Shown here: positions 26,873 to 36,551 of the stretch, piece by piece | How positions within the stretch are numbered: position 1 is the first letter of the stretch | Layout: each line of letters opens with the position of its first letter | Assembly (NCBI GenBank): GCA_037441705.1 | Contig: JBBIRR010000028.1 | Coordinates: 1 to 55,009 of the forward strand | DNA from: Ignavibacteriales bacterium | Lineage (GTDB): Bacteria > Bacteroidota > Ignavibacteria > UBA10030 > UBA6906 | Direction: 5' to 3' | DNA length: 55,009 bases | Program-made: the position numbers and the translations under genes | Notes under the pieces: model-generated | The model's database searches: none | What the model saw: the letters and a program-made list of their open reading frames with translations, nothing else | Told to the model about the DNA's origin: nothing

Positions 26873-27517
26873 TTACTCAACAATCGAAAGCAGTTGGGGA
26901 AAGCTATCAATCATGAAGTCCGGCTGGAACGCCTTCAGTTGGTCGGCGCTGAATGAGCCGTACGTCACCGCGCAGGTGGCAATGCCGGCGTTACGACCTG
27001 CAAGCACGTCATAGTCGGTATCTCCCACGATGATCGTCTCGTCTCGCTGCCATTGCTGATCGGCAAGAATCGTATTGACGATGGCAGGATCGGGCTTGTA
27101 AGGAAGGTTGTCGCTTCCTTGCAGTTGTACAAAAAAGTGGGTGATGCCGAAGTGATCGGTTGCACGCTTGATGCCCGGCCCCTTTTTCGTGGAGGCAACG
27201 GCGAGCCTCTTGCCGTGTGCGCAAAGAATTTCGAGTGTCTCCCGCACACCGGGAAACAGGCGCGCCGTGGTGAGCGAACGAGGCCGGTAGTAGTCGGCAT
27301 ACATCTGCGCGGCTTCGGGAATCCTGTCGTGCAGTTGATCCGGCAGCAGCGCGGCAAACGTTTCTTCCAACGGCCTGCCGATGTAGGAGAAGAGATCCTC
27401 CGGGGCGTACCTCGTCACCCCCAACTGCTGAAGCACCCACACCTGTGCCGCCGCAATGTCGTGCTTCGAGTCGGTAATCGTTCCGTCGAAATCGAATATG
27501 AGATTCCTGTATGACAT
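26873..27517 (-). CDS. HAD-IA hydrolase (phosphoglycolate phosphatase / PpaX-like)
   Basis: FDFDGT, KPDP and VGDT..D motifs. Confidence 0.9.
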   Translation of the reverse strand: MSYRNLIFDFDGTITDSKHDIAAAQVWVLQQLGVTRYAPEDLFSYIGRPLEETFAALLPDQLHDRIPEAAQMYADYYRPRSLTTARLFPGVRETLEILCAHGKRLAVASTKKGPGIKRATDHFGITHFFVQLQGSDNLPYKPDPAIVNTILADQQWQRDETIIVGDTDYDVLAGRNAGIATCAVTYGSFSADQLKAFQPDFMIDSFPQLLSIVE

Positions 27518-27607
27518 CTTCTGAAAGGCGCGGTTAGCTCGTTGACTCGAGACTTTGTCGAGTAGAAACTGTGAGCGTGACCTACTCGAACTCTACAAAC
27601 TCATACC

Positions 27608-27784
27608 TCACACCTCCACCTTCACCACAAATCGGCGGTGGCATTGATTGCACTCCAACTCCATGGTCATCCAGTTGTTGCGTTCGTAGTAGGAGATTTC
27701 CGCAAGCTCGCCTCCGCAGGAGTTCATGATGCAGGACTTGACGTCGAGGCGGTATGTTCGTCCGGATGGATGTTGTTCACTCAT
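27608..27784 (-). CDS. 58-aa putative zinc-ribbon protein (below the ORF-track cutoff)
   Basis: MSEQHPSGRTYRLDVKSCIMNSCGGELAEISYYERNNWMTMELECNQCHRRFVVKVEV*; C-x4-C ... C-x2-C; GAGGAGG RBS; start overlaps the NUDIX stop. Confidence 0.75.
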   Translation of the reverse strand: MSEQHPSGRTYRLDVKSCIMNSCGGELAEISYYERNNWMTMELECNQCHRRFVVKVEV

Positions 27785-28331
27785 GTTTCTGCCTCCTCAA
27801 GTATTCAGCGGCAAGCAGCACGCCGACGATGGTCTTGCTGTCTTTCAGCTCCCCGTTCACGGCCAGCGCGATTGCTTCGGTAAGCGGCATCGTATGAACC
27901 GTCATGGAAAACTCTCCTTCTTCGCGTCGGTGGCCGTCGGGCGACGGTTGTAATCCGGTGCCAAGAAAAATGTGCAGCTCCTCATCGCAAAAGCCGGGCG
28001 TGGTGTAGATGGACGTCAGCTTGGTGAGATGCGCTGCTCGCCATCCCGTTTCTTCTTCTAACTCACGCTGCGCGGCCTCGGCCGGATCTTCGCCGGGACT
28101 CAACTTGCCCGCGGGCAGCTCGAGAATGCGTTTGCCGAACGGATAGCGCAGTTGCTGTACCATCATCACGTTCCCATCGTCCATAAGCGGAACGACTACC
28201 GCTCCGCCCGGATGATGCGCGATCTCTCGCACCCCGCGCTTACCCGATGGGTACTCGACCTCATCCACAATCAGGTCGAACACCTTGCCCCGGTAGAGCA
28301 CATCCCGCTTCAGCCGCTTCAGTTCCATCAT
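27777..28331 (-). CDS. NUDIX hydrolase (ADP-ribose pyrophosphatase-like)
   Basis: Nudix box GKLSPGEDPAEAAQRELEEETG; Q.RYP, TPG and DSKT motifs. Confidence 0.9.
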   Translation of the reverse strand: MMELKRLKRDVLYRGKVFDLIVDEVEYPSGKRGVREIAHHPGGAVVVPLMDDGNVMMVQQLRYPFGKRILELPAGKLSPGEDPAEAAQRELEEETGWRAAHLTKLTSIYTTPGFCDEELHIFLGTGLQPSPDGHRREEGEFSMTVHTMPLTEAIALAVNGELKDSKTIVGVLLAAEYLRRQKHE

Positions 28332-29410
28332 GCCGATGCTTTCATGTGAACGACGCGTTGCGGGAACGGGATTTCGATCCCCTTCTCTGCAAACGTCGTG
28401 TAGACTTGTTCGCGCAAGTCACACTCGGCCTTGAAGCGCTTCATGAAATCCGACGCCCGCGCGACCAGCGTGAACTCGATCGCCGAATCATTCATGGCCG
28501 TGAAGAACACTTCCGGCGGAGGGTCCGGCACAAGATCGGGATGGCTCGAGGCGAGAGCCAGAAGAATGGAGCGGACTTCCGACGGATCTTCTCCGTACGC
28601 AACAGCGACTTTGAGCATGACCCGCATCTGGTTGTGCGGGTAGGCATAGTTGATGATGCGCCCCTTCACCAGGTCACTGTTGGGAACGATAAGAAGATTG
28701 TTATCGAAATTCAGGATACGTGTGGAGCGCAGGCCGATCTGCTGCACGTCGCCGACCTGACCTGAAGGCAGCTCAATCCGATCGCCGACGCGGAACGGAC
28801 GATCCACCAACAACACGAAGCCCGCAATCATGTTGGCCAGCGTATCCTGCGCGGCGAGAGCAACTGCCAGCGACCCCACGCCCAATGATACCAACAGACT
28901 GCCGATGTTGACGCCGAAATGATCAAGAATGATCATGATCGCCACCATGCCGATGACGAGGTTCATGATCTTGGTTGTGAGGGGACCGAGGGTGAGTCTC
29001 AACTGCGCACTGGCACCGTCGCTCAGTCTTTCCAGATACCACGTGATGAAGACGTGAACGATCCCCAACACGATCTTCAGCATGAGAAGAACTACTGCGA
29101 TGTAGAGGATTGCATCGGCGTAGTCCAAGATCTGTTGAGCCGTAACGTCCCCAGCAGTTAGTCCTTTGCGGATTTCTCGCACGGCGATGTGCAGCCCGGT
29201 CACCACCATGAGCCAGCGGACATTCTTCCGGACGACTTCGATAATCAAGTCATCCAGCTTCGTCTCCGTTCGTGCAAGAATTTTTCCTCCGATCCATGCC
29301 AGCAATCGCTTGACGGGACCGGAAAGAAAGAAGAATGCAGCGACAATGATCGCCGCAATGACAAGGTGATACATCATCCGATCTTGAACGACGTGTTGGA
29401 GCCACTCCAT
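28328..29410 (-). CDS. Small-conductance mechanosensitive channel (MscS family)
   Basis: ALAAQDTLANMIAG, PFRVGDRI, IGLRST, VPNS and GIEIPFPQR motifs. Confidence 0.93.
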   Translation of the reverse strand: MEWLQHVVQDRMMYHLVIAAIIVAAFFFLSGPVKRLLAWIGGKILARTETKLDDLIIEVVRKNVRWLMVVTGLHIAVREIRKGLTAGDVTAQQILDYADAILYIAVVLLMLKIVLGIVHVFITWYLERLSDGASAQLRLTLGPLTTKIMNLVIGMVAIMIILDHFGVNIGSLLVSLGVGSLAVALAAQDTLANMIAGFVLLVDRPFRVGDRIELPSGQVGDVQQIGLRSTRILNFDNNLLIVPNSDLVKGRIINYAYPHNQMRVMLKVAVAYGEDPSEVRSILLALASSHPDLVPDPPPEVFFTAMNDSAIEFTLVARASDFMKRFKAECDLREQVYTTFAEKGIEIPFPQRVVHMKASA

Positions 29411-29430
29411 AAGTTGAATACCGAAAGGTT

Positions 29431-30021
29431 CTACAGATTTCCTCGACTGCCCGGCTTCGTCACCGGTACGCCGCGTTTGCACAGCGGACAATCATCCGGC
29501 GGGTACGTTACCACATCCATGTGGAGCGCGGCGACGTACTGCCCGCCTTCATCCAGGTCGAACGCTGCCTTGCCGCCGCTGCGATCAACGATGCAGCCAA
29601 CGCCCGCGACCTTTCCGCCATGCGAGCGGACAATCGCGATCACTTCGTTCACCGAGCCGCCGGTGGTGATGACATCCTCACACACGAGCACGCGCTCACC
29701 CTTGTGAATCTCGAACCCGCGCCGCAACAGCATGACGCCATCTTTGCGTTCGGTAAACATCGAGCGGACGCCGAGCTGGCGGCCCACCTCCTGCCCCACC
29801 ACAATCCCCCCAAGCGCCGGCGCTACAACTGCATCGAGGCGAGCGTCGCGGAACCGCGCCGCAAGCACACCGCACAGTTTCTCCGCATGATGCGGGTATT
29901 GCAGGACCTTCGCACATTGAAAGTAGTTCGGGCTGTGCAGCCCCGAGGTGAGCTGGAAGTGCCCTTCCAGCAATGCACCGGTCTCGCGAAAAACAGCAAG
30001 GACGTGATTGGAATCCATCAT
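29431..30021 (-). CDS. pyrE: Orotate phosphoribosyltransferase
   Basis: GHFQLTSGLHS; PRPP motif LVCEDVITTGGS; CPLC...KPGSR tail. Confidence 0.95.
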   Translation of the reverse strand: MMDSNHVLAVFRETGALLEGHFQLTSGLHSPNYFQCAKVLQYPHHAEKLCGVLAARFRDARLDAVVAPALGGIVVGQEVGRQLGVRSMFTERKDGVMLLRRGFEIHKGERVLVCEDVITTGGSVNEVIAIVRSHGGKVAGVGCIVDRSGGKAAFDLDEGGQYVAALHMDVVTYPPDDCPLCKRGVPVTKPGSRGNL

Positions 30022-30022
30022 C

Positions 30023-30667
30023 TCAAAATTTGTATTGTACACCGGCACGGCCGTGAAGCAGCAATCCCACCGCCGGATCGTGGTGAACGTACGTCGCCTT
30101 CACTTCCAGCAGGAGACTGAAGTGGTAATCGAGCGCGTACGAGCCTCCGGCGGCAACACCGAGCGTGAGGCGGGTTCTTCCACCAACATTGTAATACGTA
30201 TAGCGCACGCCGGCAATCACCTCACGGTAGATCGCCTGGGTGATGAACTCCGCGCCGATTTGTCCTTTGATATAGGGTCGCAACCTCGACGCGGGCATCG
30301 GCGAGTACGCGCCATCCAGAAAGACATTGCCCAGAAACAGATTCACTTTTGTCTGGAGGGGAACGCCGGGCCATCGCTGGTTGAATGCCGCCTCATCGAA
30401 ATAGAGCACGGACAGGTCGCCGCCTGCGCCGAGAGAGAACAGCGGACTGAGATGCACGCGGAACTCTGCCGCACCGCCCGGTCCGTTCAGCCAAAACTCC
30501 CGCAGCCGATCATGACCCTGTGGATTGGTGATGCCGAACATGACGGCGACAGACGTGCGCTGCACCTGCCGTACGCGTCGTAGATCAGGGCGCTGTGCAA
30601 ATGAAATGTCCTGAAGCAAGAAGAACAGAAGAACGATCGTCAGGTTCGGTACGCGTCGCAGCAGCAT
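30023..30667 (-). CDS. Outer-membrane beta-barrel protein
   Basis: Signal peptide; alternating beta strands; RPYIKGQIG; C-terminal GVQYKF. Confidence 0.75.
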   Translation of the reverse strand: MLLRRVPNLTIVLLFFLLQDISFAQRPDLRRVRQVQRTSVAVMFGITNPQGHDRLREFWLNGPGGAAEFRVHLSPLFSLGAGGDLSVLYFDEAAFNQRWPGVPLQTKVNLFLGNVFLDGAYSPMPASRLRPYIKGQIGAEFITQAIYREVIAGVRYTYYNVGGRTRLTLGVAAGGSYALDYHFSLLLEVKATYVHHDPAVGLLLHGRAGVQYKF

Positions 30668-30827
30668 GAATGTGTTTCAGAGTTCTTTCGGTCATGGGGC
30701 AACGTTTCGGTGAGTCAATATACGAAGGATGGGGGAGTGATTGCAAACAAGACGGCGTCTGCGTGTGTTTGTTTTGTGGTGGATTTTTTTCTATGTTAGC
30801 GCTGGTTTCACAACTGCGAGTCTCCGC

Positions 30828-32057
30828 ATGAGCACAAACAGCGAGATCCTCGAAACAACTCAATCGTACGTCTCTTCGCTGCTGAACGGTAAGCTTCCCC
30901 CGTGGGCCGTGTATCACACGCTGCAGCACACGGAAGAGACGGTTGCTGCCGCGCGAGAGATTGGCGAGGGCAGCAAGCTCGGCAAGAGCGACATGGAAAT
31001 CGTCCTGCTTGCCGCATGGTTCCACGATGCAGGCTACATCGACACTGCCGACGGGCATGAAGAACGCAGTGCCGAAATAGCGGAGGAGTTTCTGAAGAAG
31101 CATGCCTACGCGCCTGAGAAAATCCAACAGGTGGTTGCCTGCATCCGGGCCACCAAAGTCCCCCAAAAGCCTGCAACCGCGCTGGAACAAGTGCTGTGCG
31201 ACGCGGATATGATTCATCTCGGCAAAAAGCGCTTCTTCGAGCGAAGCGATCTCCTGCGCATGGAAATCGAACTGCGCACCGGCAAGCCGTTCACGGAAGT
31301 CGAATGGCTGCAGAAGAGCGTGGAGTTCACCTCATCGAGCGGATTCTTTACAGAGTATGCTCGCGCCGAGTTTGCTGCGCGCCGCGAGAAAAACCTGCTT
31401 GCTCTGCAGGAACGCCTGCGCGAGGCCCTCGAGCGCTCAGGGCAACAAAAATCAAAACAACAGAAGGCACAGGAAAAAGCCGCTCTCAAGGAAGAGAAAG
31501 AAAAACGTCCGGAGCGCGGCATCGAGACGATGTTCCGTGTCGTCCCGAAGAATCACCTCGATCTGAGCTCCCTCGCCGACCAGAAGGCCAACATTATGAT
31601 CAGCACGAACGCCATCATCATCTCCATCGTGTTCGGCCTTTTGCTCAGCAAGCTCGACACCCATCCGTTCCTGATCATCCCTACCATCATCCTTCTCGCC
31701 GTCTGTCTCACGGCCATGATCTTTGCGATTCTTGCGACGCGGCCCACCATTACCCACGGCACCTTCACGCGTGAAGACATCGAGCAGAAGCGTGCAAACC
31801 TCCTCTTCTTCGGCAACTTCTACAATTCCCGCCTGGAAGATTTTGAGTGGGGCATGAAAGAAATGATGAACGACAGGGAGTACCTCTACGGCAGTATGAT
31901 CAGAGACCTGTACTATCTGGGGAGAGTCCTCGGCAGGAAGTACCGCATGCTGCGGATCTGCTATACCATCTTCATGTACGGACTGGTTGTTTCCGTCCTC
32001 GCCTTTCTCATCGCGCTGCTGACGGCGCCGGCGCCTACACCTTTGCCCCCACAATAG
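30828..32057 (+). CDS. HD-domain phosphohydrolase fused to Pycsar-effector-like (DUF5706) membrane domain
   Basis: YHTLQHT, WFHDAG and LCDADM (HD); ERGIETMFR, ADQKANIMIS, LLFFGNF, GRVLGRKY and three hydrophobic helices (DUF5706); start moved to ATG 30828. Confidence 0.85.
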   Translation: MSTNSEILETTQSYVSSLLNGKLPPWAVYHTLQHTEETVAAAREIGEGSKLGKSDMEIVLLAAWFHDAGYIDTADGHEERSAEIAEEFLKKHAYAPEKIQQVVACIRATKVPQKPATALEQVLCDADMIHLGKKRFFERSDLLRMEIELRTGKPFTEVEWLQKSVEFTSSSGFFTEYARAEFAARREKNLLALQERLREALERSGQQKSKQQKAQEKAALKEEKEKRPERGIETMFRVVPKNHLDLSSLADQKANIMISTNAIIISIVFGLLLSKLDTHPFLIIPTIILLAVCLTAMIFAILATRPTITHGTFTREDIEQKRANLLFFGNFYNSRLEDFEWGMKEMMNDREYLYGSMIRDLYYLGRVLGRKYRMLRICYTIFMYGLVVSVLAFLIALLTAPAPTPLPPQ

Positions 32058-32072
32058 TCCTTCACACACAGG

Positions 32073-33317
32073 GTGAACATCCCGCTCGTCACACTGCTCG
32101 GCGTGCTGATCCTGATTGCAGTCCGTCAGATCGGAAGCGTCCGTGTTCAGATCTGGCACGCCATGGCATTAGGGGCAGCCGTGGTGCTTCTGACCGGGCA
32201 GATTCCATTTTCAGCGGCGCTCGATGCTATTGACTGGGATGTAATGCTGTTCTTGTTCGGGATGTTTGTTGTCGGTCAGGGATTGGAGGAAAGCGGATAT
32301 CTCGCGCATATTTCGTATAAGTTTTTCAAACGCGCACGCACACGGGATGCCCTGTTAGGAATGATTCTGCTCGGCGCAGGAATGACATCCGCCCTGCTCA
32401 TGAACGATACGCTGGCCATCGTCGGCACGCCGGTGGTCCTGTTGCTCGCACGCAAGCATGAGATGTCGCCGCGACTTCTTCTTCTGGCGCTTGCCTTTGG
32501 CGTTACCACCGTCAGCGTCATGAGCCCGATCGGTAATCCTCAGAACCTACTCATTGCCCTGCACGGCCGCCTGACGAATCCCTTCCTGACTTTTCTGAAT
32601 TATCTTCTCGTTCCTACGCTCGTGAGCCTGGCTCTCACGTTCCTTGTGCTCAAGAAGATGTATCCCGATGATTTCCATGAGGCCGAGCTGCGTCACTCGC
32701 AAGAGCCCATTCGCAACCACGAGCTTGCCGTTCTCTCGCGCCTTGCGCTGCATATCGTGCTGGTTCTTGTCGTTGCCCGGATTCTGTTGTCCGCCTTCTC
32801 GATCACAGTCAATCTTCATCTCACGCACATTGCCGTTGCCGGATCGCTACCGATTCTGATAGGAAGCCAGAAGCGCTTCCGAATTCTGCGACATCTGGAC
32901 TGGCAGACGCTGACTTTTTTTGCCGCAATGTTCGTGCTGATGCGAAGCGTGTGGGACAGCGGCTTCTTTCAGCGACTCATCGCGGAAACGAATGCCCCGT
33001 TGACGACGGTCGAGATGGTTCTTGCCGTCAGTGTTGTGTTGAGCCAGTTCATCTCGAATGTCCCCCTCGTCGCCCTCTACCTGCCCGTCCTTCAGCACAC
33101 GGGGGTTGACACCAACGCGTTGATGGCTCTCGCTGCGGGCAGCACCATCGCCGGCAACATGTTCATCCTCGGCGCGGCAAGCAATGTCATCATCATTCAA
33201 AATGCGGAAAACCGCGCGAAGCAGACGCTCACCTTTGGGGAGTTTGCAAAGGTGGGTGTGCCCGTGACCGTGCTGCAGGCCGTCGTGTACTGGGTGTTCC
33301 TGCGGTTGCTGTCGTGA
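32073..33317 (+). CDS. ArsB/NhaD/SLC13 family anion permease
   Basis: SALLMNDT, SPIGNPQN, SQFISNVP and STIAGN...GAASNVI motifs; GTG start. Confidence 0.88.
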   Translation: MNIPLVTLLGVLILIAVRQIGSVRVQIWHAMALGAAVVLLTGQIPFSAALDAIDWDVMLFLFGMFVVGQGLEESGYLAHISYKFFKRARTRDALLGMILLGAGMTSALLMNDTLAIVGTPVVLLLARKHEMSPRLLLLALAFGVTTVSVMSPIGNPQNLLIALHGRLTNPFLTFLNYLLVPTLVSLALTFLVLKKMYPDDFHEAELRHSQEPIRNHELAVLSRLALHIVLVLVVARILLSAFSITVNLHLTHIAVAGSLPILIGSQKRFRILRHLDWQTLTFFAAMFVLMRSVWDSGFFQRLIAETNAPLTTVEMVLAVSVVLSQFISNVPLVALYLPVLQHTGVDTNALMALAAGSTIAGNMFILGAASNVIIIQNAENRAKQTLTFGEFAKVGVPVTVLQAVVYWVFLRLLS

Positions 33318-33410
33318 GGAAATGTTTCTCGATGGACGAATCGAAACCCGCGGAACATTCTTGAACACTACCTCCGACTTGCGTAGCTTATTGACGAAGC
33401 GAGGCATCAA

Positions 33411-34094
33411 ATGTTCAGAGTGTTTTGCTTGCTTGTCGTCGCCTCTTCGATCCTCACGGCGCAATCACGCGAGGACGAGCGAGAGGAGATGGTGCAGGCA
33501 CAGATTGCTGCACGCGGCATTACCGACGAGGCAACGCTGCGCGCAATGCGTACCGTGCCTCGACACCTGTTCGTACCACCCGCCTGGTCGGACGCCGCGT
33601 ACGCCGACCGACCCCTCCCTATCGGGTACGGCCAGACCATCTCCCAACCTTACATCGTTGCCTACATGACGGAGTTGGTAAAGCCCCGACGCGGCCAGCG
33701 CGTTCTCGAAATCGGCACCGGTTCCGGTTACCAGGCTGCCGTGTTAGCGGAAATTGTGGATAGCGTCTTCACGATCGAGATTATCACCGAACTGGCGAAC
33801 GAAGCTGACGCCCGCCTCAAGAACTTGGGCTGCAAGAACATTCTCGTCCGCAACGCTGATGGGTATTACGGGTGGGAAGAAAAAGCACCGTTCGACGCCA
33901 TCGTCGTGACGGCTGCAGCCGAGCACATTCCGCCCCCGCTCATTCGGCAGCTGAAGGACGGCGGCGTGATGGTGATCCCGGTCGGCACGCCGTTTCTGGT
34001 TCAGATGCTGACGCTTGTGGAGAAGCGCGGCGAGAGTGTTACGACGCGCAGCCTCATTCCTGTTCGCTTTGTGCCGCTCACACGCGGCAAATAG
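33411..34094 (+). CDS. pcm: Protein-L-isoaspartate O-methyltransferase with N-terminal signal-like segment
   Basis: VPRHLFVP, GQTISQPY, LEIGTGSGYQAA, APFDAIVVTAA, QLKDGG and VRFVPL motifs. Confidence 0.95.
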   Translation: MFRVFCLLVVASSILTAQSREDEREEMVQAQIAARGITDEATLRAMRTVPRHLFVPPAWSDAAYADRPLPIGYGQTISQPYIVAYMTELVKPRRGQRVLEIGTGSGYQAAVLAEIVDSVFTIEIITELANEADARLKNLGCKNILVRNADGYYGWEEKAPFDAIVVTAAAEHIPPPLIRQLKDGGVMVIPVGTPFLVQMLTLVEKRGESVTTRSLIPVRFVPLTRGK

Positions 34095-34107
34095 CCCGGC
34101 CGGCCAC

Positions 34108-36492
34108 ATGACGAGAATGCTTGTCTCTCTTGCTTTGCTCTCCTGCGCACTCGTTGCCTTCCAGCTTGTGTTGATGCAGTCGCTTTCAATCGTGCAGTGG
34201 TACCACTTTGCCTACATGGTTATTTCGGTTGCCCTGCTCGGGTTCGGCGCAAGCGGAACACTGCTCAGTCTTGCACGCGACCGCTTCTTGAAACGTGCCG
34301 ACGTTCTCGTTCCCCTGTTGATGATTGCCAGCGGAATGACCATGACGCTTTCGCTTCCCCTCTCGCAATACAACTTTATCCGATTCGATTCCTATTTGTT
34401 GTTTGTGGAAGGAAAGCAGGTTCTGCGGCTCGTCTTCACGTACCTCCTGTTCTTTTTCCCGTTTGTGCTGGGCGCACTGGCCACAGCGCTTCTGTTCCTT
34501 CAACATACCATCGTGATCGGAAGAGTGTACGCAGCGAACTTAGTCGGTTCAGCGGCAGGCGGAGGTGTTGCGTTGGGATTGATGTGGCTCGTTCCTGTTC
34601 ACCACATGCCGGCCGTGACTGGCTTCATGGCAATTAGTGCCGGTGTTCTTCTCATCACGCAGACTCATCGGCGAAGCCTCCTTGCGGTCGCAGCAGTCGG
34701 CGGTGTGCTCGCTCTCGTTTTCGTTCTTCTTCCTTCCCCCCTTCACCCATCCGAATACAAAAGCCTCTCCCGCACACTCACATTACCGGAGGCGAAGGTT
34801 ACGTACGAACGAAGCAGCCCGTACGGGTTGGTGCACGTGGTTTCGTCTCCGGCTCTGCGCTATGCGCCCGGGCTGAGTCTCTCCTTCAAAGGAACAGTAC
34901 CTTCGGAGAAAGTCGTGTTTAACAACGGCGATTGGTTTGGCCCGATTGTCGGATACCGAAGCGATGATTCGCTGCACGTGGCGGACTACTCCACGTTCGT
35001 CTTGCCCTACGTTCTGGACCAACGCCGCCGCGTGTTAGTGCTGCAAGCCCGGACGGGACTCTTCGCTGCTCAGGCGTTGCTGCGCGGCGCTGAACACGTC
35101 ACAGTTGTGGAGCCGCATCGGGAGGTGCTGGAACTCCTCCGGCATGAGTTCGCGCATGAGTCGGACTCGTTGCTTTTCCATCCTGCCATCAACGTGCACG
35201 CGCTTGAACCTCGTTCGTTTCTGAAGGCCGATACGTCGCGCTTCGATCTCATCGTGCTTCCCACATTGGATGCGTTTGGAGGAACAAGCGGCATGTACGC
35301 GCTGCAGGAGCAGTACCTGCTGACGAGGGAGGCATTCCGAGAAATGTGGGATCGGCTGACGCCCAACGGCGTTCTGACGATCACGTCCTGGATGGACCAG
35401 CCTGCACGGAACCCGCTGCGCGCTCTGGCAACGATCGCCGATATGCTTGCCGATGCCGGCGTCGTGAATCCGAAAATGCATATTGCTGCCATCCGGAGTT
35501 GGGGTACCGTCACCTTCGCCGTCAAGCGCAGTCCCGTGACGCAGGAGGAAAGCAACCGTGTGCTCGACTTCTGCCGACGAATGCAGTTCGATCCATTGTT
35601 GCTTCCCCATCTCCAGAACGATGATCGGAACAAACACAACGTATTGTACGATCCGTCATTCCTCAGTTTGGTGGATGGACTCCTCGGGCCTCAGCGTGAG
35701 GCAGTGATCGCATCGTATGCGTTCCGCATCAACGCGCCGACGGACAATCAGCCGTACTTCTCGCAATTCCTTCGCTGGTCGAGCATCCCGAAGCTCTACG
35801 ACTCATTCGGGCAGCACGCGCTACCGTTTGTCGAGTTAGGCTCGTTCCTTATTGCGCTGACCCTTGTGCAGATACTGGTATTGGCGATCGTTCTCATCCT
35901 TCTTCCGTTAGCGAAGAAGAAGATCGCCGGACCCGGAAGTGGAAGCCTGCTTCTGTACTTTGCCGCACTTGGCTTGGGTTATATGTTTGTGGAGATGGTG
36001 TTGATTCAGCGGTTTGTTCTGTATCTTGGCCAGCCGCTGTACGCCGCTGCCGCTGCCATCGGTGCAATGCTGATGTTTTCCGGAGCAGGCAGCGCGCGCT
36101 CTTCACGATTCACGTCACAAGCATCTCTGGTCCGGCGCAAAGCGCTCGTCATCGCAATCCTCGTTTTGGTATACGCCGCATTCCTCGACTCTGCAATCCA
36201 TCGCACGATCACGCTTGCTCTGCCATGGAGATTTCTGCTTGCCGGGCTGATGGTGGCTCCTCTTGCCTTCATGATGGGCATGCCCTTCCCGCTCGGCGTG
36301 CGAGTCTTCGGGGACATTCATCCAAATGCAGTGGCGTGGGGGTGGGGCATAAACTGCTGCGCATCCGTCATCGCCGCACCGCTGGCAACGTTGATTGCAA
36401 GCGAGACAGGGTTCGCCTTGGTGTTGGTGATCGCGGCCGGATTGTATCTTGCTGCCGCGCTAAGCACCATCCTCCTGGCGAACAGAATGTGA
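34108..36492 (+). CDS. Polytopic membrane protein with central spermidine-synthase-like methyltransferase fold
   Basis: YHFAYMVISVALLGFGASG, YAANLVGS, EQYLLTREAF, PTDNQPYF, GLGYMFVE, MGMPFP and WGINCCASV motifs. Confidence 0.8.
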   Translation: MTRMLVSLALLSCALVAFQLVLMQSLSIVQWYHFAYMVISVALLGFGASGTLLSLARDRFLKRADVLVPLLMIASGMTMTLSLPLSQYNFIRFDSYLLFVEGKQVLRLVFTYLLFFFPFVLGALATALLFLQHTIVIGRVYAANLVGSAAGGGVALGLMWLVPVHHMPAVTGFMAISAGVLLITQTHRRSLLAVAAVGGVLALVFVLLPSPLHPSEYKSLSRTLTLPEAKVTYERSSPYGLVHVVSSPALRYAPGLSLSFKGTVPSEKVVFNNGDWFGPIVGYRSDDSLHVADYSTFVLPYVLDQRRRVLVLQARTGLFAAQALLRGAEHVTVVEPHREVLELLRHEFAHESDSLLFHPAINVHALEPRSFLKADTSRFDLIVLPTLDAFGGTSGMYALQEQYLLTREAFREMWDRLTPNGVLTITSWMDQPARNPLRALATIADMLADAGVVNPKMHIAAIRSWGTVTFAVKRSPVTQEESNRVLDFCRRMQFDPLLLPHLQNDDRNKHNVLYDPSFLSLVDGLLGPQREAVIASYAFRINAPTDNQPYFSQFLRWSSIPKLYDSFGQHALPFVELGSFLIALTLVQILVLAIVLILLPLAKKKIAGPGSGSLLLYFAALGLGYMFVEMVLIQRFVLYLGQPLYAAAAAIGAMLMFSGAGSARSSRFTSQASLVRRKALVIAILVLVYAAFLDSAIHRTITLALPWRFLLAGLMVAPLAFMMGMPFPLGVRVFGDIHPNAVAWGWGINCCASVIAAPLATLIASETGFALVLVIAAGLYLAAALSTILLANRM

Positions 36493-36551
36493 TGGAAGAA
36501 GGATGACGCCCTCGGGCGTGAACGGCCGGCTCGATGGCACCAACTGACGAG

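Noticed and set aside
27525-27600. GGCGCGGTTAGCTC resembling a tRNA 5' end, plus a TCGAGTAG/CTACTCGA inverted repeat
   Set aside because: No T-arm or acceptor complement, so not a tRNA; most simply an intercistronic hairpin.
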